DNA of 64,000 nucleotides from Dehalococcoidia bacterium (GTDB lineage Bacteria > Chloroflexota > Dehalococcoidia > Bin125): positions 349,889 to 413,888 of the forward strand of contig CAXXRD010000002.1 in NCBI GenBank assembly GCA_963663895.2, written 5' to 3'. Positions 18,774-26,136 of the stretch are shown piece after piece. The translations under genes and the position numbers were made by a program. Position 1 is the stretch's first letter. Each line of letters begins with the position of its first letter. Under the pieces are notes generated by a model. It did not search any database and was not told the origin of the DNA. It saw nothing but the letters and a program-made list of their open reading frames with translations.

Positions 18774-19694
18774 ATGAGCGAACCGCACGGCCCCTACCCG
18801 AGGGACATGGCGGGCTACGGAGCGAATCCTCCGCATCCGCAGTGGCCGGGCGACGCCAACCTGTGCCTCTCCATCGCCGTGAACTATGAAGCGGGGGCGG
18901 AGTACAGCGTCCTCCACGGCGACGCCCACTCGGAAAGCGTGCTGACCGACACCGGCTTTCCGGCCTACGAGGGCGCGCGGAACCTCATCGTTGAGAGCGC
19001 GTTCGAGTACGGCAGCCGTCGTGGCATCTGGCGCATCCTTCGCATCCTTGAGGAGCGCGGAATCACAGCCAGCGTCTGGGCGGTCGTGATGGCCCTTGAG
19101 CGCAATCCCGAAGCAGCGCGGGCGATGGTCGCGGCCGGCCACGAGATCGTCAGCCACGGCTGGCGCTGGATCGACTACCAGCACGTCCCCGAGCCGATCG
19201 AGCGGGAGCACATCCAGCGCGCGGTGGAAGGGATCGAGCGGATCGCGGGTGCACGCCCGCTGGGCTGGGTGACGGGGCGGCCGAGTCCCCACACGCGCCG
19301 CTTGCTGGTCGAAGCGGGCGGATTCCTCTACGACCGCGACTCCCTCGCCGACGAGCTGCCGTACTGGGTCGAGGTCGCGGGCAAGCCGCACCTCGTGATC
19401 CCGATGTCGTACGAGACCAACGACAACCGCTACAACGAGCACAGCGGCTTCGCCACCGCGGACGACTTCTTCACCTACCTGCGGGACGCTTTCGATGTGC
19501 TCTACCGCGAGGGGGAGCGCGGCCAGCCCAAGATGATGGCGCTGGCCTTGCACGATCGCATCGCCGGCCGCCCGGCTCGTGCGGCGGGCCTCGAGCGCTT
19601 CCTCGACTACGTCCTCGCTCACGACAAGGTCTGGATCGCGCGCGGCGTCGATATCGCGCGACACTGGATGCAGCAGTACCCATTCACGGGTTGA
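18774..19694 (+). CDS. polysaccharide deacetylase family protein, PuuE-allantoinase-like
   Basis: YPRDMAGYGANPPHPQWPGDANLCLSIAVNYEAGAE is the characteristic N-terminus of PuuE-like deacetylase-fold enzymes. Confidence 0.75.
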   Translation: MSEPHGPYPRDMAGYGANPPHPQWPGDANLCLSIAVNYEAGAEYSVLHGDAHSESVLTDTGFPAYEGARNLIVESAFEYGSRRGIWRILRILEERGITASVWAVVMALERNPEAARAMVAAGHEIVSHGWRWIDYQHVPEPIEREHIQRAVEGIERIAGARPLGWVTGRPSPHTRRLLVEAGGFLYDRDSLADELPYWVEVAGKPHLVIPMSYETNDNRYNEHSGFATADDFFTYLRDAFDVLYREGERGQPKMMALALHDRIAGRPARAAGLERFLDYVLAHDKVWIARGVDIARHWMQQYPFTG

Positions 19695-19730
19695 GGCAGC
19701 CACTGAGCCGCCGATGCGAGCGGTTCCGAG

Positions 19731-20675
19731 TCAGCGCATCGCGATCATGGCAATGCCGCCCAGCACCAACAGCGCGCCGATCAGCGCCCAGGGCGTCACG
19801 CGCTCCCGCAGGAAGATCGCTCCCAAGACGATGCCGAACACTGGCCCCGTGTTGAAGAGCACGGTGAACTCGCCCGCCCCGATCCGCTGCAGCGCGGTAA
19901 TGATGAGCAGGATCACCAACCCGGTGCCGAGGGCGCCGGAGAGCGCCAGCCAGATGAAGCTCCGTCGCGAGACCGCGCGCCGGCGCAGGGAAGAGCGAGA
20001 CTGCATGCCGACCAGCAAGGCGAGGACCGGGAGCACGACGGGCATGCGGACGACGCCGGCCGCGGCGGGGTCGAAGCCTTCGGCCGCGCTACGGAGCCAG
20101 ACCGAGACGCCGCCCCAGGCCATGCCCGTGACGACCGCCAGCACCAGTCCAGCGGCAAAGGCGTAGCGGAGCAGCACGCCGGGCGGCGCGACCGCCGGCG
20201 CGACGCGCATAGCGTCCTCCCCGTCGCCGGCATGCCGGCGCGGTTTGCCGTAGATCACGACGGTGTAAACCCCCGCCAGCACCACGACGGATCCGACCCC
20301 AACCAAAACGGTCAGCGTGTCCCCGATGAAGAGGAGGCCGAAGAGATAGGCAGTCAGGACGGCGGAGGCGGTGGCGGTGGTATACGTGCGTGTGAACCCG
20401 AAGAGCGGGATCGTGATGGCGTAGAGCGTTTCGGCGACCGCGGTGGAGAGAAAGCCCGCGCCGATCAGCTGGGCGACGTCGCCGGCGCTCATGCGCTCGA
20501 AGTCCCCTTCCACGCCGAGGGCGAAGACCGCGGCGATCAGAAAGATCCCCGCCCAGATCGCGCGCAGGCAGCTGATCGAGAACGGATCGACGAAGCGGGC
20601 CTGGTGCGCGATCACCGCACCCGATACGGCCCAGACTCCGGCCGCCGCGATCGCCGCTGCGAATCCCTCAACCAT
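19731..20675 (-). CDS. DMT (EamA-like) family transporter
   Basis: 314 aa, about 10 hydrophobic segments with a two-fold repeat architecture. Confidence 0.8.
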   Translation of the reverse strand: MVEGFAAAIAAAGVWAVSGAVIAHQARFVDPFSISCLRAIWAGIFLIAAVFALGVEGDFERMSAGDVAQLIGAGFLSTAVAETLYAITIPLFGFTRTYTTATASAVLTAYLFGLLFIGDTLTVLVGVGSVVVLAGVYTVVIYGKPRRHAGDGEDAMRVAPAVAPPGVLLRYAFAAGLVLAVVTGMAWGGVSVWLRSAAEGFDPAAAGVVRMPVVLPVLALLVGMQSRSSLRRRAVSRRSFIWLALSGALGTGLVILLIITALQRIGAGEFTVLFNTGPVFGIVLGAIFLRERVTPWALIGALLVLGGIAMIAMR

Positions 20676-20850
20676 GGCCGCTCCGCTCGTGGCCCGATCG
20701 CGCCCGCCAAGGGCGCTCGCAGACCGTCCGGCACGCGCTGTCGCCGGTCATCCTACGGGGCGGGCGGGGGCGGCACCGCTCCCACCGCTGCCCCAGCATG
20801 CCCCGAGTGCTAGCCTCTGCCCGCACGCCCTCGCAGGAACGGAGCCCACC

Positions 20851-21933
20851 ATGAAGCTTGGAGTGTTCTGCCTGCTCCCGCAGCGTGAGCAGTCCACGCC
20901 CCCGGAGCAAGTGTTCGCACAGACCGTCGAGCAGGTACAACTGGCCGAGGCGATCGGGCTCGACATCGCCTGGTTCGCGGAGCACCATTTCTCCAACTAC
21001 TGCCTGTGCGTGTCGCCGCTGGTGATGGCCGCCTACGTCGCCCCGATCACGAAGCGCATCCGGCTGGGCAGCGGGGTCGTGGTGCTGCCGCTGTACGACC
21101 CGGTGCGCCTAATCGAAGAGGTGGCCACCGTGGACGTGATGAGCGGGGGGCGCCTGGTGCTGGGCATCGGCAGCGGCTATCAGCCGTACGAGTTCGAGCG
21201 CTTCGGTCAAACGCTGGACGACTCGATCGATCGGTCGCTCGAGATCCTGGAGATGATGGAGCTGGCCTACGCGCAGGAGACCTTCTCCTACGCGGGGCAG
21301 TACTACCAGCAGCCGCCCACGGCGTTGGCGCTCAAGCCCGTGCAGCAGCCGATGCCCGAGATCTACGTGGCGGGGATGATGCGGGACGAGCGGATGCGCA
21401 AGCGCCTGGTGGAGAAGGGCTACGTCCCCCTGGCGCAACCGCGCTGGGGACCGCCCTCGATCATGGTGGAGACGCGGCGCGAGTTCGAGGCGATGCACCG
21501 CGCGCAGGGGAAGAGTGAATCCGACGTGCGGATGGCGGTGCTGCGCTGGCTGAACGTGACGGGGTCGCGCGAGGAGTCACTGGCGGCGGCCGACGCGCTG
21601 CGCTACACCTACCGGGTGGCGCTGGCCTGCCGGGGCGGCTACCAGCGGATGGACGGCGCGAGACACCGCGAGATCCCGGCCGAGGGGGAGCCCACGCTGG
21701 AGCAGATCGCGGAGTACGCCATGATCGGCGATGCCGAGAAGATCACCGACCAGATCGCCAATGAGGTCACGATGTACGGACCGACGCACATGTGCTTCTC
21801 GGTGGGGATGGGCGACCATGCCCGCTCGATGCGCAGCTTGGAGGTCCTGGGAGCCGAGATCATCCCGGCGCTGGAGCAGCGCCTCGGGCCGCTCGATGCG
21901 ATCGGAAGCTCGGGCAGCAACTCGGCGGGGTAG
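20851..21933 (+). CDS. LLM-class (luciferase-like) flavin-dependent oxidoreductase
   Basis: MKLGVFCLLP...AWFAEHHFSNY...GRLVLGIGSGY. Start trimmed to the ATG at 20851. Confidence 0.85.
   Translation: MKLGVFCLLPQREQSTPPEQVFAQTVEQVQLAEAIGLDIAWFAEHHFSNYCLCVSPLVMAAYVAPITKRIRLGSGVVVLPLYDPVRLIEEVATVDVMSGGRLVLGIGSGYQPYEFERFGQTLDDSIDRSLEILEMMELAYAQETFSYAGQYYQQPPTALALKPVQQPMPEIYVAGMMRDERMRKRLVEKGYVPLAQPRWGPPSIMVETRREFEAMHRAQGKSESDVRMAVLRWLNVTGSREESLAAADALRYTYRVALACRGGYQRMDGARHREIPAEGEPTLEQIAEYAMIGDAEKITDQIANEVTMYGPTHMCFSVGMGDHARSMRSLEVLGAEIIPALEQRLGPLDAIGSSGSNSAG
21725..21933. repeat. direct repeat R1 (3' end of the LLM gene)
   Basis: About 90 percent identical by eye (roughly 20 mismatches in 209 nt) to 22845-23053. 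Both copies end at the TAG stop. Confidence 0.85.
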
Positions 21934-21980
21934 GAGCCACGCGCGCCGACGAGCGGCGCGCGGATCCGGGCGATATTCGC

Positions 21981-22610
21981 CTAGCGTTTCCCACTCGCCG
22001 TCTTGGCGACCACCTGCACCCCCTGAATCACCCCTTCGACGGATCGCCGCACGCGCACGGCAGCCGCTTCACTGACCTCGCCCGCGCCTTCAATGGCGCC
22101 GGTCGCGGCAGCCGACGCGGCATCCTCCACGCTTATTCCCGTCCTTTTGGCAGCCTCGATCGCGCCTTCCACCGCTCCCACGGCCGCGGTCGTCACGTCG
22201 GCGCCGATCATGGCGGCTTCATGGACGGCCGCCCGGCTGGTCTTGCCGATCGCCTCCACCGACTCCGCTCCGACCTCGGAGGACCCTTCCACGGCGCCGA
22301 TCACCGCGCCCTTGGCGGCGTTGCCCACGGAGCTGCCGACCTGGGTCGCGGCCTCGACCGTCGCGGTGAGGGTGGTGGCCGCCGTCTGCGCCGCCTCGCC
22401 GCCGATGTCGCCCACGGCGTCAATCGCTCCCTTGACGGCTCCCACGCCCAGGTTGGCCGCCGCACCACCGGTCTCACCGGTCTCTTTCACCGTCGAGCGC
22501 ACGAAGCTGGCCACCTCACTCACAGCGGTGGTCGCTACCTCCCCCGTCCCCTTGATCATGCCGATGACGCTGCCTTTGACCCGATTCCCGATCTCGCGTT
22601 CGTCAACCAT
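21981..22610 (-). CDS. Ala/Gly/Val-rich repeat protein (209 aa), function unknown
   Basis: Recurrent units such as VGAVKGAIDAVGDIGGEA, KGAVIGAVEGSSEVGAES, VGAVEGAIEAAKRTG and TGAIEGAGEVSEAA. G/C-rich third positions on this strand. AAGGA-type RBS upstream. The plus-strand ORFs here are mirror artefacts. Confidence 0.65.
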   Translation of the reverse strand: MVDEREIGNRVKGSVIGMIKGTGEVATTAVSEVASFVRSTVKETGETGGAAANLGVGAVKGAIDAVGDIGGEAAQTAATTLTATVEAATQVGSSVGNAAKGAVIGAVEGSSEVGAESVEAIGKTSRAAVHEAAMIGADVTTAAVGAVEGAIEAAKRTGISVEDAASAAATGAIEGAGEVSEAAAVRVRRSVEGVIQGVQVVAKTASGKR

Positions 22611-22844
22611 CTCTATCGTCCTTTCAGAGGATTGCTTGCGGCAGCGAAATCATCGCCTTGAGGGCAGAGCACGCCGCCGGAGAGCCATCTCGTCCCACGA
22701 ACGGTCTGAATGCCTATGGTTTCAGACCGCTCCGGCAAGTGGGTCAAGTATAGGGCCCTGATTGTGCCCATGCGGGTCTGAGCAGACACGTCAGCCACGG
22801 CATAGCATTTTGCTTCCAGTGCGAATGAAACATAGACCAAGTCT

Positions 22845-23053
22845 TCGGCGACGCCGAGAAGATCACCGATCAGATCGCCAACGAGATCACGATGTACGGG
22901 CCGACGCACATGTGCTTCTCGGTGGGGATGGGCGACCACGCCCGCTCAATGCACAGCTTGGAGGCCCTGGGAGCCGAGAGCATCCCGGCGCTGGAGCAGC
23001 GTCTCGGGCCGCTGGACGCGGTTGGGAGCTCGGGCAGCGCCGCAGCGGGGTAG
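22845..23053 (+). pseudogene. orphan 3' fragment of an LLM-class oxidoreductase (direct repeat R2)
   Basis: Encodes ...GDAEKITDQIANEITMYGPTHMCFSVGMGDHARSMHSLEALGAESIPALEQRLGPLDAVGSSGSAAAG*, paralogous to the end of 20851..21933. In-frame stops lie immediately upstream. Confidence 0.75.
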
Positions 23054-23171
23054 CGGGAAGCTGGGCGTTATCGCACTGCACTCCTGCGGTTTATGGCCGA
23101 AGGCTGCCCTTCCAGGTCACGTTTGGGATTCAGGCCGTCGGTCAAGAACCATCTTCAACCGACCTCGCCCC

Positions 23172-23804
23172 TTACTCAACGGCCAGGCAGAAATAACGAA
23201 ACTCGCCGTACTGTCCCGGGAGCTGGGAGTAAGGAAGCCAGCGGCAGCGGTAGTCTCTAACCAAGCGCAGAGGTTGCCTCCTTCCCTTCGTCGTGCCGGG
23301 TCCGGCTTTCGGTCCCCAAGTTAACTCTCCAGACAGGAGACGGCCTTCGTGCAGGCGAAAGTCTGCATCGGCTGTGTTTTGTCTGCCTGGGTTCCAGTAG
23401 AGGGGATCGTTGGTCATGGCAACGACGTAGCCGCGGTTGGCATGGCCCAAGCGAACGATGCGCTCAACGCGTACCAGATCCTTAATGAAATCGTAGCGAG
23501 AGATATCGTATGCGGCCTGATCGGCAAGATCGAAGCGCTCCCCTTCCGAGATCACGTGCAGGACGCGTTTCCAGTACTTCAGCTCGAGGTAGCTCGTGAT
23601 CCCTGCCTCTTGGATCCAGAGGTCTGCATAAGTGCGTCGCTCCCCGGAGGGGAGCGGGTATTCAAGACGAACCTTGGCTTCCGGCGCATGCTGCTGCCAC
23701 TGCCAGGCGAACGCGAATTGGAAGTCCGCCTCGGAATGGAAGATGGGACGGTGGGAGGCGAGCTCGAAGAGGACTGCGGCTAAGTCACTCGGGCCGGTGT
23801 TCAT
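23172..23804 (-). CDS. hypothetical protein with a PD-(D/E)xK nuclease-like motif set
   Basis: SEADFQFAF ... RTYADLWIQ ... SYLELKYWK matches the E / D / ExK arrangement of restriction-endonuclease-fold proteins. The region is low in G+C. Confidence 0.6.
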   Translation of the reverse strand: MNTGPSDLAAVLFELASHRPIFHSEADFQFAFAWQWQQHAPEAKVRLEYPLPSGERRTYADLWIQEAGITSYLELKYWKRVLHVISEGERFDLADQAAYDISRYDFIKDLVRVERIVRLGHANRGYVVAMTNDPLYWNPGRQNTADADFRLHEGRLLSGELTWGPKAGPGTTKGRRQPLRLVRDYRCRWLPYSQLPGQYGEFRYFCLAVE

Positions 23805-24436
23805 CGCTATCCTTCGGCATCGAGCCGAAACGTCAGGTCGCTATTAGGAGGCTTCTTCCCTCTACCCCCTTCTCTTTGAGGAGGTCAGCGCTGCCTTCGG
23901 GTGTCGGGTACAGTTCTCTGATTATGACGAGAAGACCATAGAGGTCCTCGTACGTGAGGAAGTTTACCGCTCTGCGAGGTACCGAATCGCCTTCTCGTGC
24001 TTCTTGACCACGAATCGGCCGATTCTCTCGACCTGCTTCTGGCGAGGAGTTTTCGGAGTCCATCCCGGCTTGGCCTTTGCAGTGCGCGCGCGTCCTGCAG
24101 CGTCGGAAGTCTGAGAACTCACAAGACGGCCCTTCCCCTAAAGCGGCGGAATTCTAGCACGGAAATTGTGTATGCATTTTACGACACGACCTCCCAACCC
24201 CGCCGCCGCTTGTCGCACATCTGCCACGCTGATACGCGGTACACCAGCTCGATCACGTCAAGCGCATGGACATTGTGAAGGCCTTCGAACTCTCTGATCA
24301 GCGAGCGCGTTTCCGGTGAGTTGGCACCAAGGCCCCACGATTAACCGCTGCCGATGGGCGCGCGGACGGCTCCAGATGCTTGGGATGCGAGCTGGCGATG
24401 CCGCGCGTGCGAACCGCAATCACTTCGGTGTCGTAG

Positions 24437-24526
24437 TGGCGGAGGGGGAGGGATTCGAACCCCCGAGACGCCGAGGCGTCTAGCGGTTTTCAAGACCGCC
24501 GCAATCAGCCGCTCTGCCACCCCTCC
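24437..24526 (-). tRNA. tRNA-Ser: tRNA-Ser (anticodon UGA), CCA encoded
   Basis: The reverse complement GGAGGGGTGGCAGAGCGGCTGATTGCGGCGGTCTTGAAAACCGCTAGACGCCTCGGCGTCTCGGGGGTTCGAATCCCTCCCCCTCCGCCA folds as a cloverleaf. It has a 7-bp acceptor stem, a CUUGAAA anticodon loop, a long variable arm and a TTCGAAT T-loop. It is closely parallel to E. coli tRNA-Ser(UGA). Confidence 0.92.
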
Positions 24527-24540
24527 GTGCCTTCCGATAG
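24483..24540. repeat. direct repeat, left copy (tRNA-Ser nt 1-44 plus about 14 nt of 5' flank)
   Basis: The 45 nt gcggttttcaagaccgccgcaatcagccgctctgccacccctccg are identical to 26013-26057. The following roughly 14 nt are similar. Confidence 0.85.
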
Positions 24541-24633
24541 TAGTGCCCGCATGAGCGTCGTATTGTGTGTACTTGGCGATCCTGTGATCAGACGCCGCTA
24601 CGAAGACGATTTCGCTCACTAGGAGGGATTGCG

Positions 24634-26007
24634 ATGGCGGAAGAGCTCGTATTCGCAGTCGGTAAGGGCGGGGCTCAGCGAGCTCAAGCGATCAGCCTCG
24701 CGGAAGCCGGCCTTCGTGAGCGATCTGACTTGCAGGAATGGGTTCGCACGAATCCTGAAATCTTGGGGCCTGACATCCGCATCGTTACCTTTGAGTTCAG
24801 CGGCTGGCAGAGTCGTGTAGGTACCGCTTCAGACCGTCTCGACTTGTTAGGGATCGACGCGGATGGTCGACTGGTCGTTGCTGAATTGAAGCGCGGGCCG
24901 GCACCCGATACAACTGAGATGCAGGCGATCAAGTACGCCGCGTTCGCCTCACGTTTCACCTCCGAGCAACTTGCTGAAAGCCACGCGAATTACCTCACCA
25001 AGGTAGAGGGAACAGCGATAGCTGCCGACGACGCCCAAGCGTTGCTGGAAGAACACATTGAGGGTGCACTCGAACAAGACCTGCTCCGGCGACCACGAAT
25101 CATCTTGCTGGCAACGGCCTTCAGTCCGCAAGTCACTGCCAGCGCGGTATGGCTCACAGAAATGGGCGTGGATATCGAGTTGATCGAGTTCAGCGCCCAT
25201 CGCACAGAGCGTGACCTGATCCTAACTGTCACATCGGTATGGCCGGTGAGTGATGTCGAAGAGTTCACCGTAAGACCAGGACGGGACAAACAACGGGCAG
25301 CGGTCGAGCGATCTCAGGGACGGCGAGAGGCTAACGCGGTAACCACACTCATCGCTGAGCAGACGCTTCCGGATAGCGAACGACTGGAGCTTAGATGGAC
25401 AGCACTCCCGTTGCCGGTACGTGATGCAGTGCAGGAATGGATTCGCACCGATCGTCAACGAGGACGTGCTACTTGGCGGAACAAGCTCCGCAGGCCGTTG
25501 GTGTGGAAACCCGATGGTACTTTTTGGAGTCCCACAGGCCTCGCTAGACACATCATTAGCGAAGCATCTGGTGAGAAGTACCGATCAGCGTTGCCAGGGC
25601 CACGACTATGGATCACGGAGGATGGAACGAGTCTTGCCGAGTTGGCCGGCTTCGGACGGAACTGGCCTGAAATCCATCGTCTACTAGCACTCGTTCAGCC
25701 GGGAACGTGGACGACCTCCGGGGATCTGGCAGAGGTGATTGGCCGATCCGCCCGAGCCGTAGGTCGGCATGTGACAGAGTGCTGGAAGTGCCCGGCCGCC
25801 CACCGCGTACTGACCAGCGACGGCAAGATAGCCCACGACTTCCGATGGACCACCGACCTGGAGGACGTTCGCGATCCGCGCGAGGTGCTGGAAAGCGAAG
25901 GTGTGAAGTTCCAGGATGGCGTGGCGAACGCAGAGCAGCGTGTCACAGCCGATGACTTCGCGAGCCTTCGTGAACAGTCGGCAAGCGTGGCTGCTCATGG
26001 AGCGTGA
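24634..26007 (+). CDS. NucS/DUF91-like PD-(D/E)xK nuclease domain fused to a C-terminal MGMT/ATL-like DNA-binding domain
   Basis: AGGAGG lies 7 nt upstream of the ATG at 24634. The N-terminus has SDLQEWVRTNPEILG...DRLDLLGIDADGRLVVAELKRG...QAIKYAAF. The C-terminus has TWTTSGDLAEVIGRSARAVGRHV...CPAAHRVLTSDGKI...VLESEGVKF, which parallels the MGMT family (YGdlA...aaRAVG...PCHRVv..dG...L..EGV). Confidence 0.75.
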   Translation: MAEELVFAVGKGGAQRAQAISLAEAGLRERSDLQEWVRTNPEILGPDIRIVTFEFSGWQSRVGTASDRLDLLGIDADGRLVVAELKRGPAPDTTEMQAIKYAAFASRFTSEQLAESHANYLTKVEGTAIAADDAQALLEEHIEGALEQDLLRRPRIILLATAFSPQVTASAVWLTEMGVDIELIEFSAHRTERDLILTVTSVWPVSDVEEFTVRPGRDKQRAAVERSQGRREANAVTTLIAEQTLPDSERLELRWTALPLPVRDAVQEWIRTDRQRGRATWRNKLRRPLVWKPDGTFWSPTGLARHIISEASGEKYRSALPGPRLWITEDGTSLAELAGFGRNWPEIHRLLALVQPGTWTTSGDLAEVIGRSARAVGRHVTECWKCPAAHRVLTSDGKIAHDFRWTTDLEDVRDPREVLESEGVKFQDGVANAEQRVTADDFASLREQSASVAAHGA

Positions 26008-26012
26008 TTACC

Positions 26013-26071
26013 GCGGTTTTCAAGACCGCCGCAATCAGCCGCTCTGCCACCCCTCCGCGCTTCCATCGTAG
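26013..26071. repeat. direct repeat, right copy: orphan 5' half of tRNA-Ser
   Basis: See 24483-24540. It starts 6 nt after the stop codon of 24634..26007. Confidence 0.85.
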
Positions 26072-26136
26072 TCCCTCGTAACCCAACCCTTGCGCCACGT
26101 CTGGGGTAGAGTCATGCGGCGCCGAGCAGCGGGAGA

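Noticed and set aside
23054-23171. A search for a repeat of the tRNA-Ser 3' end (for example gggattcgaaccc) that would delimit an island on the 3' side of the tRNA. I found only gggattcaggcc near 23130.
   Set aside because: A match of about 7 nt is not significant.
24341-24619. A 92-aa ORF (-), plus 24354..24554 (+), overlapping the tRNA-Ser gene.
   Set aside because: They fully overlap a well-folding tRNA and lack any protein-like features.
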